Positions 1 to 9,935 are shown, counted from the stretch's first letter. The stretch is 51,186 bases of DNA from Candidatus Magasanikiibacteriota bacterium (GCA_018650645.1 JABIFP010000003.1:1-51186), one strand, 5' to 3'. Notes: generated by a model not told the origin, from the sequence alone. Translations and numbers: made by a program.

Positions 1-737
1 CCCGCCTCTGTTCCATCATAAACTAGGGTAATGAAATACCAAGTATCTGCAGCCAAAGCAGCTCCACTCGTCTCAACAAAATCTCCACTGTCAGAGCCGT
101 TACTCACAAAAAATATAAGCTCATCCTCATCAGTAGCATTTCCAGAACGTAATGCCCAGGAAAAATCACCACTGGTAAAAGTGTTTCCCTTAAACATAAT
201 GGTTTGCTTTTCCTCTATAGTCGTCTGATTTAACCAAAAGCTAACAGAAAGCGAAGCATCTCCGTCAAAGGCTGCTTGATCAGCAATAGTTACGTAGTCG
301 CCGGTGCCATCAAGTGTTCCTCCCCTATCCAATTTTCCAGCTGTTAATGTAGTGGCACCACCACTGGCAACCCCATGATACCCATTTCCAGACGCATCAA
401 CTACTTCATCAGCCGTTCCATCCCAAGATGCTTCATCCATATGCAGTAGCACCAAGTTATTTGTCATGTCTGTCCACCCACTTGCTTGGCTATCCGGTAA
501 CTCCCAAAAATTCGTTGTTCCTGAAATTTCTACCCAACTATTTCCTGCATCCCAGGCAGATCCTGTATGTGTAGCTCCACCAAACCCAGAGGCGGTATTA
601 TCACTATCAGAAAAACTCACCGGCGCTCCAGCCTTAGACTGAAAAATTTGTAAAAAAGTTAGCGCAACTAAAAAAAGGATTACAAAAATCCCAATTCCAA
701 AAAAGATATGTGCGTACGGTCGTCTGACTGCTTCCAT
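1..737 (-). CDS. LamG-like jellyroll (concanavalin A-like) surface protein; 3' end runs off the window
   Basis: Not in ORF track. Manual translation from ATG 737: MEAVRRPYAHIFFGIGIFVILFLVALTF (TM anchor), then LVLLHMDEASWDGTADEVVDASGNGYHG..GKLDRGGTLDGTGDYVTI..SVSFWL..ADTWYFITLVYDG (LamG signature). Confidence 0.85.
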   Translation of the reverse strand, partial: MEAVRRPYAHIFFGIGIFVILFLVALTFLQIFQSKAGAPVSFSDSDNTASGFGGATHTGSAWDAGNSWVEISGTTNFWELPDSQASGWTDMTNNLVLLHMDEASWDGTADEVVDASGNGYHGVASGGATTLTAGKLDRGGTLDGTGDYVTIADQAAFDGDASLSVSFWLNQTTIEEKQTIMFKGNTFTSGDFSWALRSGNATDEDELIFFVSNGSDSGDFVETSGAALAADTWYFITLVYDGTEA

Positions 738-788
738 AATATAGCGATTATTTTCATGTATTATAACATAAAAATATAACCCGCTACA

Positions 789-2129
789 CTATTTCTCCCC
801 AGCGAATGCCTTCACGCGCTGATCCATAATAATACTCCTCGGCCCAATCGGTTTTTTTAATACAATCCCTTCTAATGATGTACATCTGCTTAACGCTACA
901 TATGTCTGTCCATGCGCAAAGCTTCCCCTTCCCATATCAATAATAACATTATCAAATGTCTTCCCCTGACTTTTATGAATGGTGATTGCCCAGGCAAGCT
1001 TAAACGGAATCTGCCTAAAGCTTCCTATCATCTCGCGCTCAAATTGCCCTTTTTGAAATACGTATTTAGAAATCTCCCAAAGATGTAACCCTACATCTAC
1101 CACAAGTCCATCATCTTTTTTAATTTTCACGAGCGGTTCAAAAGCCTTCCGCTCTTCAGAATACGTTTCTTTAATTTCCAGAATAGTTCCAATGGTTCCA
1201 TTTACCCACCTACGCTCACCATCATTACATACAAACATGATTTGTGCCCCTTCCTTGAGTGTCACAACCTCATCGTTTGGATATAAATTTCTTGCAATAG
1301 ACCCCTTTTGTGTTGCCGTATATGACCGCTCATCTCCTGGCAGTTCTGCAAGACGCTTCATATTAATCCTATTTGCGTCTGCGTTTGTAGTCATCAAATA
1401 AATATATCGCCCATTTTTTGGTGGCTCAAACTGATAATCACATCGTTGGTTTAATAAATTGAATTCATTAGGGCCAGCAATCCCCTCACGGACAGCATTT
1501 AATACATCAATAAATTCCCTATCTGTCTGTCTATAAATTTTGTTCAATTCGATTTTTTGTACATTGAATCCTCCGCTAAATAAATCACTTTGCCCTTTAA
1601 ACACCTCTGCATGAAAAAAATATGGCGCCTCATATTCTGAGTAAAATTTGTCTTTATCTGCTGACGTAACTACTGGCGGTAACTGATACAGATCACCAAA
1701 GAACACCATCTGTACTCCACCAAATGGACGCTTGTCTTGCCGCGCTTTTCGTAAAAAAATATCAATAGCATCAAGCAGATCTGCTCGCACCATAGAAATC
1801 TCATCGATCATGATCGTTTTTAGGTGCCTATACTTTTTCGCTCGTTTTTCATCAATACGCTTTTTTGCTGCTTCATCTTTCTCAAACCCTGGTTTTAGAC
1901 CAAAAAAAGAATGAATTGTTTCTCCATTTACGTGAATGGCCGCTATTCCCGTTGGGGCAAGCACAACCGTTCGCTTCTTTGCCTGCAGCCGAATATGCGC
2001 AAGGAGGGTTGATTTTCCGGTTCCGGCCTTTCCTGTAATATAAAGATGCTCATCTGTTTCATTGATAAGCTTGAGGGCTTTTTTAGCCTCTTTACAAAAT
2101 TTCATCTTCATGGAGCAGCAGTATACCAT
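789..2129 (-). CDS. Pif1/RecD-like SF1B DNA helicase
   Basis: GKAGTGKS, APTGIAA, TIHSFF, IDEISMV, FGDLYQLPPV, LAWAITIHKSQGKT, GQTYVALSR; true start may be the Met at 2111. Confidence 0.92.
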   Translation of the reverse strand: MVYCCSMKMKFCKEAKKALKLINETDEHLYITGKAGTGKSTLLAHIRLQAKKRTVVLAPTGIAAIHVNGETIHSFFGLKPGFEKDEAAKKRIDEKRAKKYRHLKTIMIDEISMVRADLLDAIDIFLRKARQDKRPFGGVQMVFFGDLYQLPPVVTSADKDKFYSEYEAPYFFHAEVFKGQSDLFSGGFNVQKIELNKIYRQTDREFIDVLNAVREGIAGPNEFNLLNQRCDYQFEPPKNGRYIYLMTTNADANRINMKRLAELPGDERSYTATQKGSIARNLYPNDEVVTLKEGAQIMFVCNDGERRWVNGTIGTILEIKETYSEERKAFEPLVKIKKDDGLVVDVGLHLWEISKYVFQKGQFEREMIGSFRQIPFKLAWAITIHKSQGKTFDNVIIDMGRGSFAHGQTYVALSRCTSLEGIVLKKPIGPRSIIMDQRVKAFAGEK

Positions 2130-2187
2130 GAATTACCATTCCTGACAGGAGAACAACACTCCACACGAACAAAAAAGCCCCTAGCGA

Positions 2188-2382
2188 TTAACTAGTGGCT
2201 TTCGTTGTTGGTTTATACATGCGGTTTCCAATACTTCTTAAGCGCGCGGCACCAGTAGTGCTGCTCCCTTTAGAATGGAATCCATGCTGCTTGCCGTGAG
2301 CTGGTGGCATATAGCCAGGCTTTGGTGTGCCGGTTTTTTTCTTTTCTTCGGCAGCAAGCTTGTTGAGTACCTTGAATAACAT
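2188..2382 (-). CDS. Small basic hypothetical protein (64 aa)
   Basis: Lys/Arg-rich ORF; upstream TTGACA (2438-2433), 17-nt spacer, extended -10-like TGC-CAATAT. Confidence 0.5.
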   Translation of the reverse strand: MLFKVLNKLAAEEKKKTGTPKPGYMPPAHGKQHGFHSKGSSTTGAARLRSIGNRMYKPTTKATS

Positions 2383-2451
2383 ATACTAAAATGATTGATT
2401 TCTGCCCTTATATTGGCATACTTTATAGTATTTGTCAATCGGTGCAAGCCC

Positions 2452-4809
2452 CTACATGCGCGCTAATGCCGCAACATCAGCACTGCTGAGTTCACGGTTG
2501 TAAACGCGCACATCGTCAATTCGTCCAGCAAAAAGATCAAGTGCCGTCCCAGATCTGTCCCCGCTCGCGAATTTTGTGTCATTATTCGTTGCTCCAATAC
2601 CAATGTTTCCACTATGCGCCCAAAGCTGAGAACCCGCCCCGCTTGCTATAAGCGCGCCATCAAGATACCCCTTAAACGCCCCTTCTTCAAGCGTAGCACC
2701 TCCATGTAGCGTGAATGCTACATGATGCCACTGCCCAGCTTGCACTGCACCTAAATCAAGGTATGTTCCTTGCCAGTTGCTTTCTCCCCCTGGCTCATTC
2801 CATCCAGCAGCAAATACATGGCCGTTTTCAATATAGATATTTAATCCGCGTACCGTTCCGCCTTCTTCAAAGAGTACCTGCCGCTCTGCAGTATTATCTG
2901 GATTGAACCATAGCCCAACAGATCGCTCACCATGAGTACCAAGGTTGATAAGAGATGAATCAGCAAAAGCCAAATAGTCATTTATTCCATCAAATCCAAC
3001 CGCCCATCCAAATTTCCCCATTTGTGAATACAGTGCTCCGTTTTTTAGCGTTGCATTATTTCCGTTTCCTGAAGCATCTGTGCTGTACTCATTAAACGTA
3101 AGTTGCATCACAAGCGAATCCCTAGAAATAGGATCCTCATCGATTTCTGTTTCCGTAGGAAGCACTTCATCAAAGGCCATTAACCCTCGGACCTCAAGAG
3201 CCGTAAGCGCGCGATTATACACACGGAATTCATCAATCATTCCCTGAAGTGAATGGTCGCCTGTACTGGCATTTTCCTTTGTATGAAAGAGCACTCCATC
3301 ATTTACCGCACCAATTCCAATGTTTCCGCTATGTGCCCAAAGCTGAGAACCTGCTCCACTGCCAAATTGTTCGCCATCTAAATACGCTACAAACGCATCG
3401 TCTTCAAGCGCGGCTCCAGCATCCAAAGTTAGCACAACATGATGCCATGTTCCTGCAACTACAGCGTCAGTAGAGAGATATGTTCCCTGCCAGTTACTTT
3501 CTTTTGCAGGCGTGTTCCATCCACCAACATATAGATTTCCGCTATCCAGATAGATCGCTAATCCACGCACATGTGCTCCTTCTTCAAACAGTACTTGTCT
3601 TGTTTGTGTATCATCCGCGCGGAACCATAAACTTACTGATCTTTCACCGTGTACACCCAAATTAATTTGCGCGCTATCATTCATTGCAATGTAATCTTTT
3701 GTTCCATCAAATTGAGCAGCACCATTTACCTGTCCTTGTGCCGTTACGCTCGCATTTCCTTTCAGTACTCCGCTATTTCCATTTTGAGAACTGTCAGCTC
3801 CATTTCTATCGAGTTTTAAATGACTCACTAGTCCTTCCGGAGAAACCGGTTCTGGTTCTGGCTCCGGTTCTGGTTCTGGTTCCGGCTCTGGTTCTGGTTC
3901 CGGCTCTGGCTCTGGCACCTCAATCACAACAGGATACCCAGAAAGTCTTCCAATCGATTTATCTGAATCAGAAGCAAGATAAATTGTTGCTGTCTGCTGC
4001 GGTGGATTCGTTACCACAACCACGCCTTCCTGATTATTTATTGGCACACCATTGTAGTCGTTCACAAGCGAGCCGTCTGGTCGTAATTCGAGTAATCGAT
4101 TTGGTCCATCATGTAGTACGTACAATAATCCCGTGTCGGTATTAAACGATAAATCAGAAATATCTCCTCCAGGAGAACCTGCCGGAAGTGGAATTCCCCA
4201 CCAATCGTTGATTACGCCTGATGCATTTAAATCTAAATCAAATGCGTAAAGTAAAAAATCATCTTTAACATCTCCACCAGCAACTGGTGCACGCTGGATT
4301 CCTGCAAAAAATACTCCTCCAGAAGTGCTGTGCTTTTCAACCGGTAAAAATTCATTCGGTACAAAAGCGATTCCTTCCATTCCAAGATTATTCGCTCCCG
4401 TTAGAACACTCGTTACATTCCATACCTTTTCTCCAAACACTTGCGTATTCCAATCATACGTCACAATAGCATCAGGATGCTCAATACCTATAAACACCTC
4501 CGCCTGCCCTGGTACAAGTGTTACCGCTTCAAAATCAGTTCCCACATCACTTTTACGCGGTGCACGCATTACTTGCCCGGTTCCATCCATATTCATGCGA
4601 GTAATCTTTCCGTCGTCACTGACCGTAAAGAGTGCATTATCCTCCCTATCCCAGGCTAATCCACTTGGTTCATAATTCCCTTCAGATACAATTGCGATAT
4701 CAACCAATCGAGTAGTTTGCGCAGGCCAAGCCACTGCAGCGCTTGCTGCAATAGGTATAAGCATTGCACCTAACATCAGTATCCCCCATTTTTTCATCAA
4801 TCTATGCAT
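2452..4809 (-). CDS. Secreted protein: beta-propeller (SdiA-regulated/YjiK-like), Pro-Glu linker, two LamG domains
   Basis: Signal peptide (..IAASAA); EPSGLAWD, DFEAVT, EGIAF, QEGVVV blades; two similar LamG domains ending IDEFRVYNRAL and IDDVRVYNREL. Confidence 0.85.
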   Translation of the reverse strand: MHRLMKKWGILMLGAMLIPIAASAAVAWPAQTTRLVDIAIVSEGNYEPSGLAWDREDNALFTVSDDGKITRMNMDGTGQVMRAPRKSDVGTDFEAVTLVPGQAEVFIGIEHPDAIVTYDWNTQVFGEKVWNVTSVLTGANNLGMEGIAFVPNEFLPVEKHSTSGGVFFAGIQRAPVAGGDVKDDFLLYAFDLDLNASGVINDWWGIPLPAGSPGGDISDLSFNTDTGLLYVLHDGPNRLLELRPDGSLVNDYNGVPINNQEGVVVVTNPPQQTATIYLASDSDKSIGRLSGYPVVIEVPEPEPEPEPEPEPEPEPEPEPEPVSPEGLVSHLKLDRNGADSSQNGNSGVLKGNASVTAQGQVNGAAQFDGTKDYIAMNDSAQINLGVHGERSVSLWFRADDTQTRQVLFEEGAHVRGLAIYLDSGNLYVGGWNTPAKESNWQGTYLSTDAVVAGTWHHVVLTLDAGAALEDDAFVAYLDGEQFGSGAGSQLWAHSGNIGIGAVNDGVLFHTKENASTGDHSLQGMIDEFRVYNRALTALEVRGLMAFDEVLPTETEIDEDPISRDSLVMQLTFNEYSTDASGNGNNATLKNGALYSQMGKFGWAVGFDGINDYLAFADSSLINLGTHGERSVGLWFNPDNTAERQVLFEEGGTVRGLNIYIENGHVFAAGWNEPGGESNWQGTYLDLGAVQAGQWHHVAFTLHGGATLEEGAFKGYLDGALIASGAGSQLWAHSGNIGIGATNNDTKFASGDRSGTALDLFAGRIDDVRVYNRELSSADVAALARM
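3847..3917 (-). repeat. (Pro-Glu)n linker repeat of about 12 units
   Basis: Degenerate 6-nt tandem (ggttct/ggctct/ggctcc) encoding PEPEPE... Confidence 0.9.
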
Positions 4810-4904
4810 ACAAAAAGGTTATATATTATTAGTATGTATAGTAGCGTACTTACAGATAATTGCAAATGAAAAGACCAGCGTTCATAGAGCGCCGGTCTTT
4901 TTTG

Positions 4905-4976
4905 CTCCCCCGCCTGGATTTGAACCAGGAACCTTCCGGTTAACAGCCGGACGTTCTACCGTTGAACTACAAGGGA
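4905..4976 (-). tRNA. tRNA-Asn (GTT), CCA not encoded
   Basis: TCCCTTG TAGTTCAACGGTAGAAC..CCGGC TGTTAA CCGG..GGTTCAAATCC..CGGGGGA G cloverleaf. Confidence 0.95.
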
Positions 4977-4996
4977 ATGAATTGCTTGCAGAAATA

Positions 4997-5036
4997 GCCC
5001 GCCAAAGCTCGGACGAAGTACTGAGCGTAGGAGGGC
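4997..5036. repeat. REP-like GTAG hairpin (copy 1)
   Basis: gcccgccaaagctc..gagcgtaggagggc; related to 44820-44849 and 45115-45139. Confidence 0.6.
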
Positions 5037-5055
5037 CGTTGAACTACAAGGGAAT
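5036..5055 (-). repeat. 20-bp direct duplication of the tRNA-Asn 5' end
   Basis: ccgttgaactacaagggaat is identical at 4959-4978 and 5036-5055. Confidence 0.9.
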
Positions 5056-5201
5056 ATAAACGAAAAAACCGCTTTCGCGGCTCTCTTTACTTTGTAGCAA
5101 AAAGCGCCGCTATTGCGGATTATTGCTATTATTTACTACAGAGTATTTCATACCTATATATCTAACCATACCCCATTTTTTTCGTCAAACACTTATCCAC
5201 A

Positions 5202-6221
5202 CTAGCGACGTATTCCTGCCAGAATAGGATCTATGTCATGAAGTGGTGCATCATTTATCATCTCGGTGTAATCTGGCACGCGAATAGCGTCAGTTAGCCC
5301 ATTCGCTATTGCCCATTTAGCCTCTTGCTCAAGTGTAAGTAATAGCCCAGAATCAAGTCTGACAGCAAAGTCCGATGCCCGTAAATTAGCTATTAATACA
5401 TTTTTATCTACGCCAACATTAGCAGAAACAATAGCCATAGCATCTGCAAAGTTTGTTTCTACAAATACTTGTGCACGCAAAAGCGCTTCTAAAAATCCTT
5501 TTGTTTGATCAGGATGAGTCAGAGCATATTCCTGTTGCACACCAATCAAGAAATATGGCGCATATACAACATCTCTAAACGTGATTGCTCGCTTCCCTAA
5601 ACGCTTTTCTGCCGCAGTATGGATTGGAAACCATGTAGCAAGCGCATCAACCTCTCCATTCTCTAAAGCACCTATTAAATCACCCGGTGCAAAGTGCATC
5701 ATAGTAATCGATTGAATTGGAATATTATGTGCAGCGAGTGAACGCCCCAAATAAAATTCTCCATTAGATCCTTTTGTTACCCCAATGTTCTTTCCTCTTA
5801 AATCCCTATATGTTTCAATATCTGCATTTCTATTTGCTACTATGGCCATGTGATTTCCAATACTCATGGTCTGAGCTAAGACAAAAATCTCTTCCTCCAT
5901 CAGCCCACTATGCATAAATGGCGTTTCAGACCCCGCGCTAAATTGTACATCTCCTACAAGAAGCCCTTCTATTCCAGCTCTTCCATGCGCGTATGATGTA
6001 TCAAATATCACCTCAAGTCCTGCATCCGTAAAATACCCTTTCTCTTCTGCAACATATACAAGCGAACCAACTAAAGACTTCGTATCAGCAAATACTACTT
6101 GCTCAATATCTTTTCCAGTCATCACATTGGCAGCAAATTCTGGTGTTTGTAATACCGAATAGATTCCACCTCCTAAAACACAAAGTAATATCGCAATAAT
6201 TCCCCATTCCTTTTTCCCCAT
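5202..6221 (-). CDS. NitT/TauT/SsuA-family ABC substrate-binding protein
   Basis: N-terminal TM; YVAEEKGYF, DLRGKNIGVTKGS, ALENGEVDA..WFP, EQEAKWA. Confidence 0.85.
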   Translation of the reverse strand: MGKKEWGIIAILLCVLGGGIYSVLQTPEFAANVMTGKDIEQVVFADTKSLVGSLVYVAEEKGYFTDAGLEVIFDTSYAHGRAGIEGLLVGDVQFSAGSETPFMHSGLMEEEIFVLAQTMSIGNHMAIVANRNADIETYRDLRGKNIGVTKGSNGEFYLGRSLAAHNIPIQSITMMHFAPGDLIGALENGEVDALATWFPIHTAAEKRLGKRAITFRDVVYAPYFLIGVQQEYALTHPDQTKGFLEALLRAQVFVETNFADAMAIVSANVGVDKNVLIANLRASDFAVRLDSGLLLTLEQEAKWAIANGLTDAIRVPDYTEMINDAPLHDIDPILAGIRR

Positions 6222-6257
6222 AGAAGTTTATTAAGTATGCAAACAGTATAACAAATA

Positions 6258-6680
6258 TTACTCGTACGCAGAAATGCTTTTTAACGATCCTGAAATAATT
6301 TCGGACCAATGTGCGCGTAAAAAATCAGGTAATAGTTCTCCTTCTGCAATCGATTCTTTCCATACTATTTCTTCGAGTTCTACTTCTGTATGAGAACCAC
6401 CAAGTTCTGCCAAAAAATCATTTCCGTTACTCACCTCATAAAAAAATTCCAAACTATAGCTTCCTCCCTCGTAAAAAAATTCATTAATAAACCGCAACTC
6501 CCCAACTTTAGCTGTTACCCCTAACTCCTCTTCTAGTTCTCTTACCAGCGCTGCCTTCATTGATTCATTATCATCGAGCTTTCCACCAGGCAAAGCATAA
6601 TATGGTCGCCCTTTATGTTTTACAAGGAGCAATTTTCCGTCCGCAACAATCAGTCCTCTTACAGCAATTTTTGTTTCCAT
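6258..6680 (-). CDS. NUDIX hydrolase
   Basis: Nudix box LPGGKLDDNESMKAALVRELEEELG; start moved to METKIAVR (6680). Confidence 0.9.
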   Translation of the reverse strand: METKIAVRGLIVADGKLLLVKHKGRPYYALPGGKLDDNESMKAALVRELEEELGVTAKVGELRFINEFFYEGGSYSLEFFYEVSNGNDFLAELGGSHTEVELEEIVWKESIAEGELLPDFLRAHWSEIISGSLKSISAYE

Positions 6681-6791
6681 ATATTCGTTATTAGTGCAGT
6701 CATTGTAACAATAGAGAAGCAAACTCGCAATGACATATCACAAACAGGGCTTTTTTGCTATACTGATCACATCATTCTTTAGAAGCTATCT

Positions 6792-7307
6792 ATGCCAAGA
6801 GCAAAGACCAAGACCAAGGTCAAGGTCAATACAAAAACGAAAGCAATTGCAATTACGGGAATCGCTCTTGCTGCGGCTGGGGCTGCATATGCAGGATTTG
6901 CTATGCGAAATAATGGGTATTCAACATTTTCTGTTGAGTGTCATGATGGGTCATGGATGAACTGGAATGCACAAGTGCAAGAAATGGGATATAGAGGTGA
7001 AGACGCATACTCAGCTTTTCCAGGTATAGAATGTAGAACACCTAATGCTGTAAAAACAGGCGCACGCATTTTTTGTATGGATAAGCAAAATCCAGAAACA
7101 GGTAAAACTGGGATTAATTCGTGGAGCATGAGTGGAAAATGTCAGATGAACCAGAATAGATATAGAGATGGGTATAGAAATGGATATCGATTTGGTTATA
7201 ATGTTGGCTATCAAGGACAAGCCGTAGAAGAAGCACCTCAAGAGAAAAAATCCGTTTTTAAAAAACCTTCTTTCTTGAAAAAATCATACTACACTAAGAA
7301 GAAATAA
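6792..7307 (+). CDS. Hypothetical membrane-anchored/secreted protein with 4 Cys
   Basis: Basic N-terminus, hydrophobic AIAITGIALAAAGAAYAGFAM, Cys-containing domain, (Y-x-x-G) repeat tail. Confidence 0.7.
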   Translation: MPRAKTKTKVKVNTKTKAIAITGIALAAAGAAYAGFAMRNNGYSTFSVECHDGSWMNWNAQVQEMGYRGEDAYSAFPGIECRTPNAVKTGARIFCMDKQNPETGKTGINSWSMSGKCQMNQNRYRDGYRNGYRFGYNVGYQGQAVEEAPQEKKSVFKKPSFLKKSYYTKKK

Positions 7308-8323
7308 TGTTCGCTAAGGCAAAACAACTTCTTTCGCAAAAAAGATCCTTCGTGATCTTTTTTGCGATATTGCTTTCTTTTGCTGCAGTCAGAATAGGCC
7401 TCATATTCTTCCTTGGGGATACGGCCTATGGATACGATGCAGGAATATATAGAAGAATTTTTTATGATTGCAGCTCTGGAGCACTAACTCCAGGTTCCCC
7501 GGGGTCACTCCTTTGCCCTATTACAAATGTGCTCCAGAGCATAGGTCTCTCGCTCGATAGCATTGTATTTGGCGTATACGTAGCTTTTGAACTACTCGCC
7601 ATAGTGCTCATATACGAGCTATTCGCATATAAGTTACGCACATCATGGGCACTCTTTGGCACAGCCTTATTTACAAGCGCCACATTTACTCACATTTTTT
7701 TCACAGAATATTTTTTCCGCAATAGTATTGCCCTCCTTCTACTCCTCATTGCGCTTCGCTTTTTCCACAAACCACTCATTGTAGGTATTACTTCCTTTTT
7801 CCTTATACTGATTCATCCCATATCAATTCTACCTTTGGCTTTGACTGCACTCATTCTCTTTTGCACAAAAAGGAAAACATACCAATGGCAATTTTTAACA
7901 GGAGCCATGGGAATTATTTTTGGCATGCTCATTGCGCAAGGTGAGCTGCAATGGTATGTCAGGGAATTCTTGCAGCAATACATATATCCTACGGTGCTTT
8001 CTTCCGCAAGAAGTGCAGAATTTTCCGGAACATTTTTTTCATTAGCAAAAAGCTTTTTTGTGTATGTTCCGCTACTCCTGCTTATTTTTTATGGAATCAA
8101 ATATTTCTATAAAACATATCCTGTTCTTTCTGCGTGGACAGTCAGTTGTCTTTTCCTCAGCATCCCCTTTATTCCGTTTGCAGAAAGACATACGTTGTAC
8201 CTTTCAATCTCTCTCATATTTTTTGCAGCGCTAGGAGCAAAACACCTCTATGATAAAAAAGAACTCTCTCCTGCTATTTTATCTATCATGTGCATCTCTT
8301 GGGTATTCATCTGTACCAATTAG
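7307..8323 (+). CDS. Polytopic membrane protein, GT-C glycosyltransferase-like (N-terminal part)
   Basis: GYDAGIY motif after TM1, about 10 TM helices, YFFRN and IHP motifs. Confidence 0.65.
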   Translation: MFAKAKQLLSQKRSFVIFFAILLSFAAVRIGLIFFLGDTAYGYDAGIYRRIFYDCSSGALTPGSPGSLLCPITNVLQSIGLSLDSIVFGVYVAFELLAIVLIYELFAYKLRTSWALFGTALFTSATFTHIFFTEYFFRNSIALLLLLIALRFFHKPLIVGITSFFLILIHPISILPLALTALILFCTKRKTYQWQFLTGAMGIIFGMLIAQGELQWYVREFLQQYIYPTVLSSARSAEFSGTFFSLAKSFFVYVPLLLLIFYGIKYFYKTYPVLSAWTVSCLFLSIPFIPFAERHTLYLSISLIFFAALGAKHLYDKKELSPAILSIMCISWVFICTN

Positions 8324-8676
8324 AACGGCTTACATCGCAAGAAGACGTCGTACGCATTATGCAGATGATTCATGTCATTCCACAAGAGGCCACCATTCTT
8401 ACATTCTCATCACTCGATGCGCCTTGGCTTGTTGGATATACAAAAAACCAGGTGATTGCACCTGGCGTTTTTGATACAGACCCATGGCCTGACTTTTTTT
8501 GGAGATCGGTTGTACAAGGAGATTCCCAAGAGCTACTACATACATTTTTTTCTGCAATCGAGTTGGATATATATGTATACTCTCACCCTGATGATGCGGG
8601 CTTTGTGTATAATTTGTTATCTACTCATAGCGGTACCACACAGCTAACACCCCGGCTTTGGAAAATTAATCGCTAA
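8290..8676 (+). CDS. Probable frameshifted C-terminal extracellular domain of the upstream GT-C protein
   Basis: Overlaps the upstream ORF in the -1 frame; IPQEATIL..DAPWLVGYT..VIAPGVF. Confidence 0.55.
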   Translation: MHLLGIHLYQLERLTSQEDVVRIMQMIHVIPQEATILTFSSLDAPWLVGYTKNQVIAPGVFDTDPWPDFFWRSVVQGDSQELLHTFFSAIELDIYVYSHPDDAGFVYNLLSTHSGTTQLTPRLWKINR

Positions 8677-8729
8677 TCACTCATACCAGTTCTTTTACAT
8701 AAAATACAGAAAGTATCAAAATGGGGGCA

Positions 8730-9236
8730 TTATTTTTTTACTTGCCGTATAATTTGTTCGACTATATCATCAAGAGATAATTTATGGGTATCAAAAACAG
8801 TATACCCTGTAAACGCTTTTGCCTGCAAAACATCATAGAGATATGTGAATCTCTTTTCATCAGTTTCCTTTCCATTCTGAATATCTCTCTGTTTTACACG
8901 TTCAAGTAACACCTCAAATGGAGCCACCAATGAATACTTATATAGTTTTGCACCAAGCGCTTTCACAACAACCTCTAAATCCTGCAGTTTCTGTTCTACC
9001 AAACCACAATCAATAATGATATTACTTCCTTCTTCATATTTTTTTGTTACTTCCTCAAGTAACATGCCAAACGCCTGCTGATTGAAATCCGCCGTGGCCT
9101 TAGCTTTCGGTATAGAACGGCGCAGTTCATCCAAACTCAAATACTGAATATTTGATAATTGTTTTTTGATTTCTGCAGAGATTGTTGTTTTCCCTGAACC
9201 CTTCGGGCCATCTAGGACGATTATGAATCGTTTCAT
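8730..9236 (-). CDS. P-loop small-molecule/nucleotide kinase (AAA_33-like)
   Basis: GPKGSGKTT, LDELRR, IIIDCG, APFEVLLERVKQR; start moved to MKRFII (9236). Confidence 0.8.
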   Translation of the reverse strand: MKRFIIVLDGPKGSGKTTISAEIKKQLSNIQYLSLDELRRSIPKAKATADFNQQAFGMLLEEVTKKYEEGSNIIIDCGLVEQKLQDLEVVVKALGAKLYKYSLVAPFEVLLERVKQRDIQNGKETDEKRFTYLYDVLQAKAFTGYTVFDTHKLSLDDIVEQIIRQVKK

Positions 9237-9375
9237 ACATTCCTGTGACATAGTTGCGTTCATTAGTCATCCCATACAGTATACCTAACGAGTAAACCTA
9301 TTAAAAGGTATAAGTAATACTATACATATAGGCACTTTTAGCGTATCCTGAAAAAATCAGACTAATGACTTTTTT

Positions 9376-9879
9376 ATGCAACTTCCCAAAAGAAAACCCG
9401 GCAAATATGCTAACCAACCTTTAGATCCTTTTTTGACGCAGCAAAAATTTGATGAACTTTCGGCAAAACTCAATACACTTATAAAGCATAGCCGGCCAAA
9501 GTGGGCAACAGAAGTTAGCAGACTTGCCGAACTAGGCGATTTTTCAGAAAATGTTGAGTACCAACTCGCCAAAGGAAAACTCCGTGGTATAAATAGTGCT
9601 ATTTTAAAAATTCAGTATCAAATTGACCACGCGCAAATCATTACCCCACCAAAAGGGACGCATGCAAAAATCCGGATTGGAAGTACGGTCACCATAAGCT
9701 CAGAAGGCAATGAAAAGATATATCAAATATTAGGAAGATCAGAAACGAACCCTGACAAAGGAATCATTTCCCACACGTCTCCTATTGGCGCGGCACTACT
9801 CAGTCACAAAGTTGGAGATAGCGTTGAATTAACGCTTCCAAATAAAACGATCTCTTGTACCATTATTCGTGTAGAATAA
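9376..9879 (+). CDS. greA: Transcription elongation factor GreA/GreB family
   Basis: GDFSENVEY, IGSTVT, ISHTSPIGAALL..KVGD. Confidence 0.9.
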   Translation: MQLPKRKPGKYANQPLDPFLTQQKFDELSAKLNTLIKHSRPKWATEVSRLAELGDFSENVEYQLAKGKLRGINSAILKIQYQIDHAQIITPPKGTHAKIRIGSTVTISSEGNEKIYQILGRSETNPDKGIISHTSPIGAALLSHKVGDSVELTLPNKTISCTIIRVE

Positions 9880-9900
9880 TCTACAATTGCAAGAGAATAA

Positions 9901-9930
9901 AAAAACACTGCTAGTACTAGCAGTGTTTTT
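9901..9930. terminator. Bidirectional intrinsic terminator (perfect 30-bp palindrome)
   Basis: aaaaacactgctagtactagcagtgttttt between convergent greA and tRNA-Trp. Confidence 0.85.
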
Positions 9931-9935
9931 CCGTG

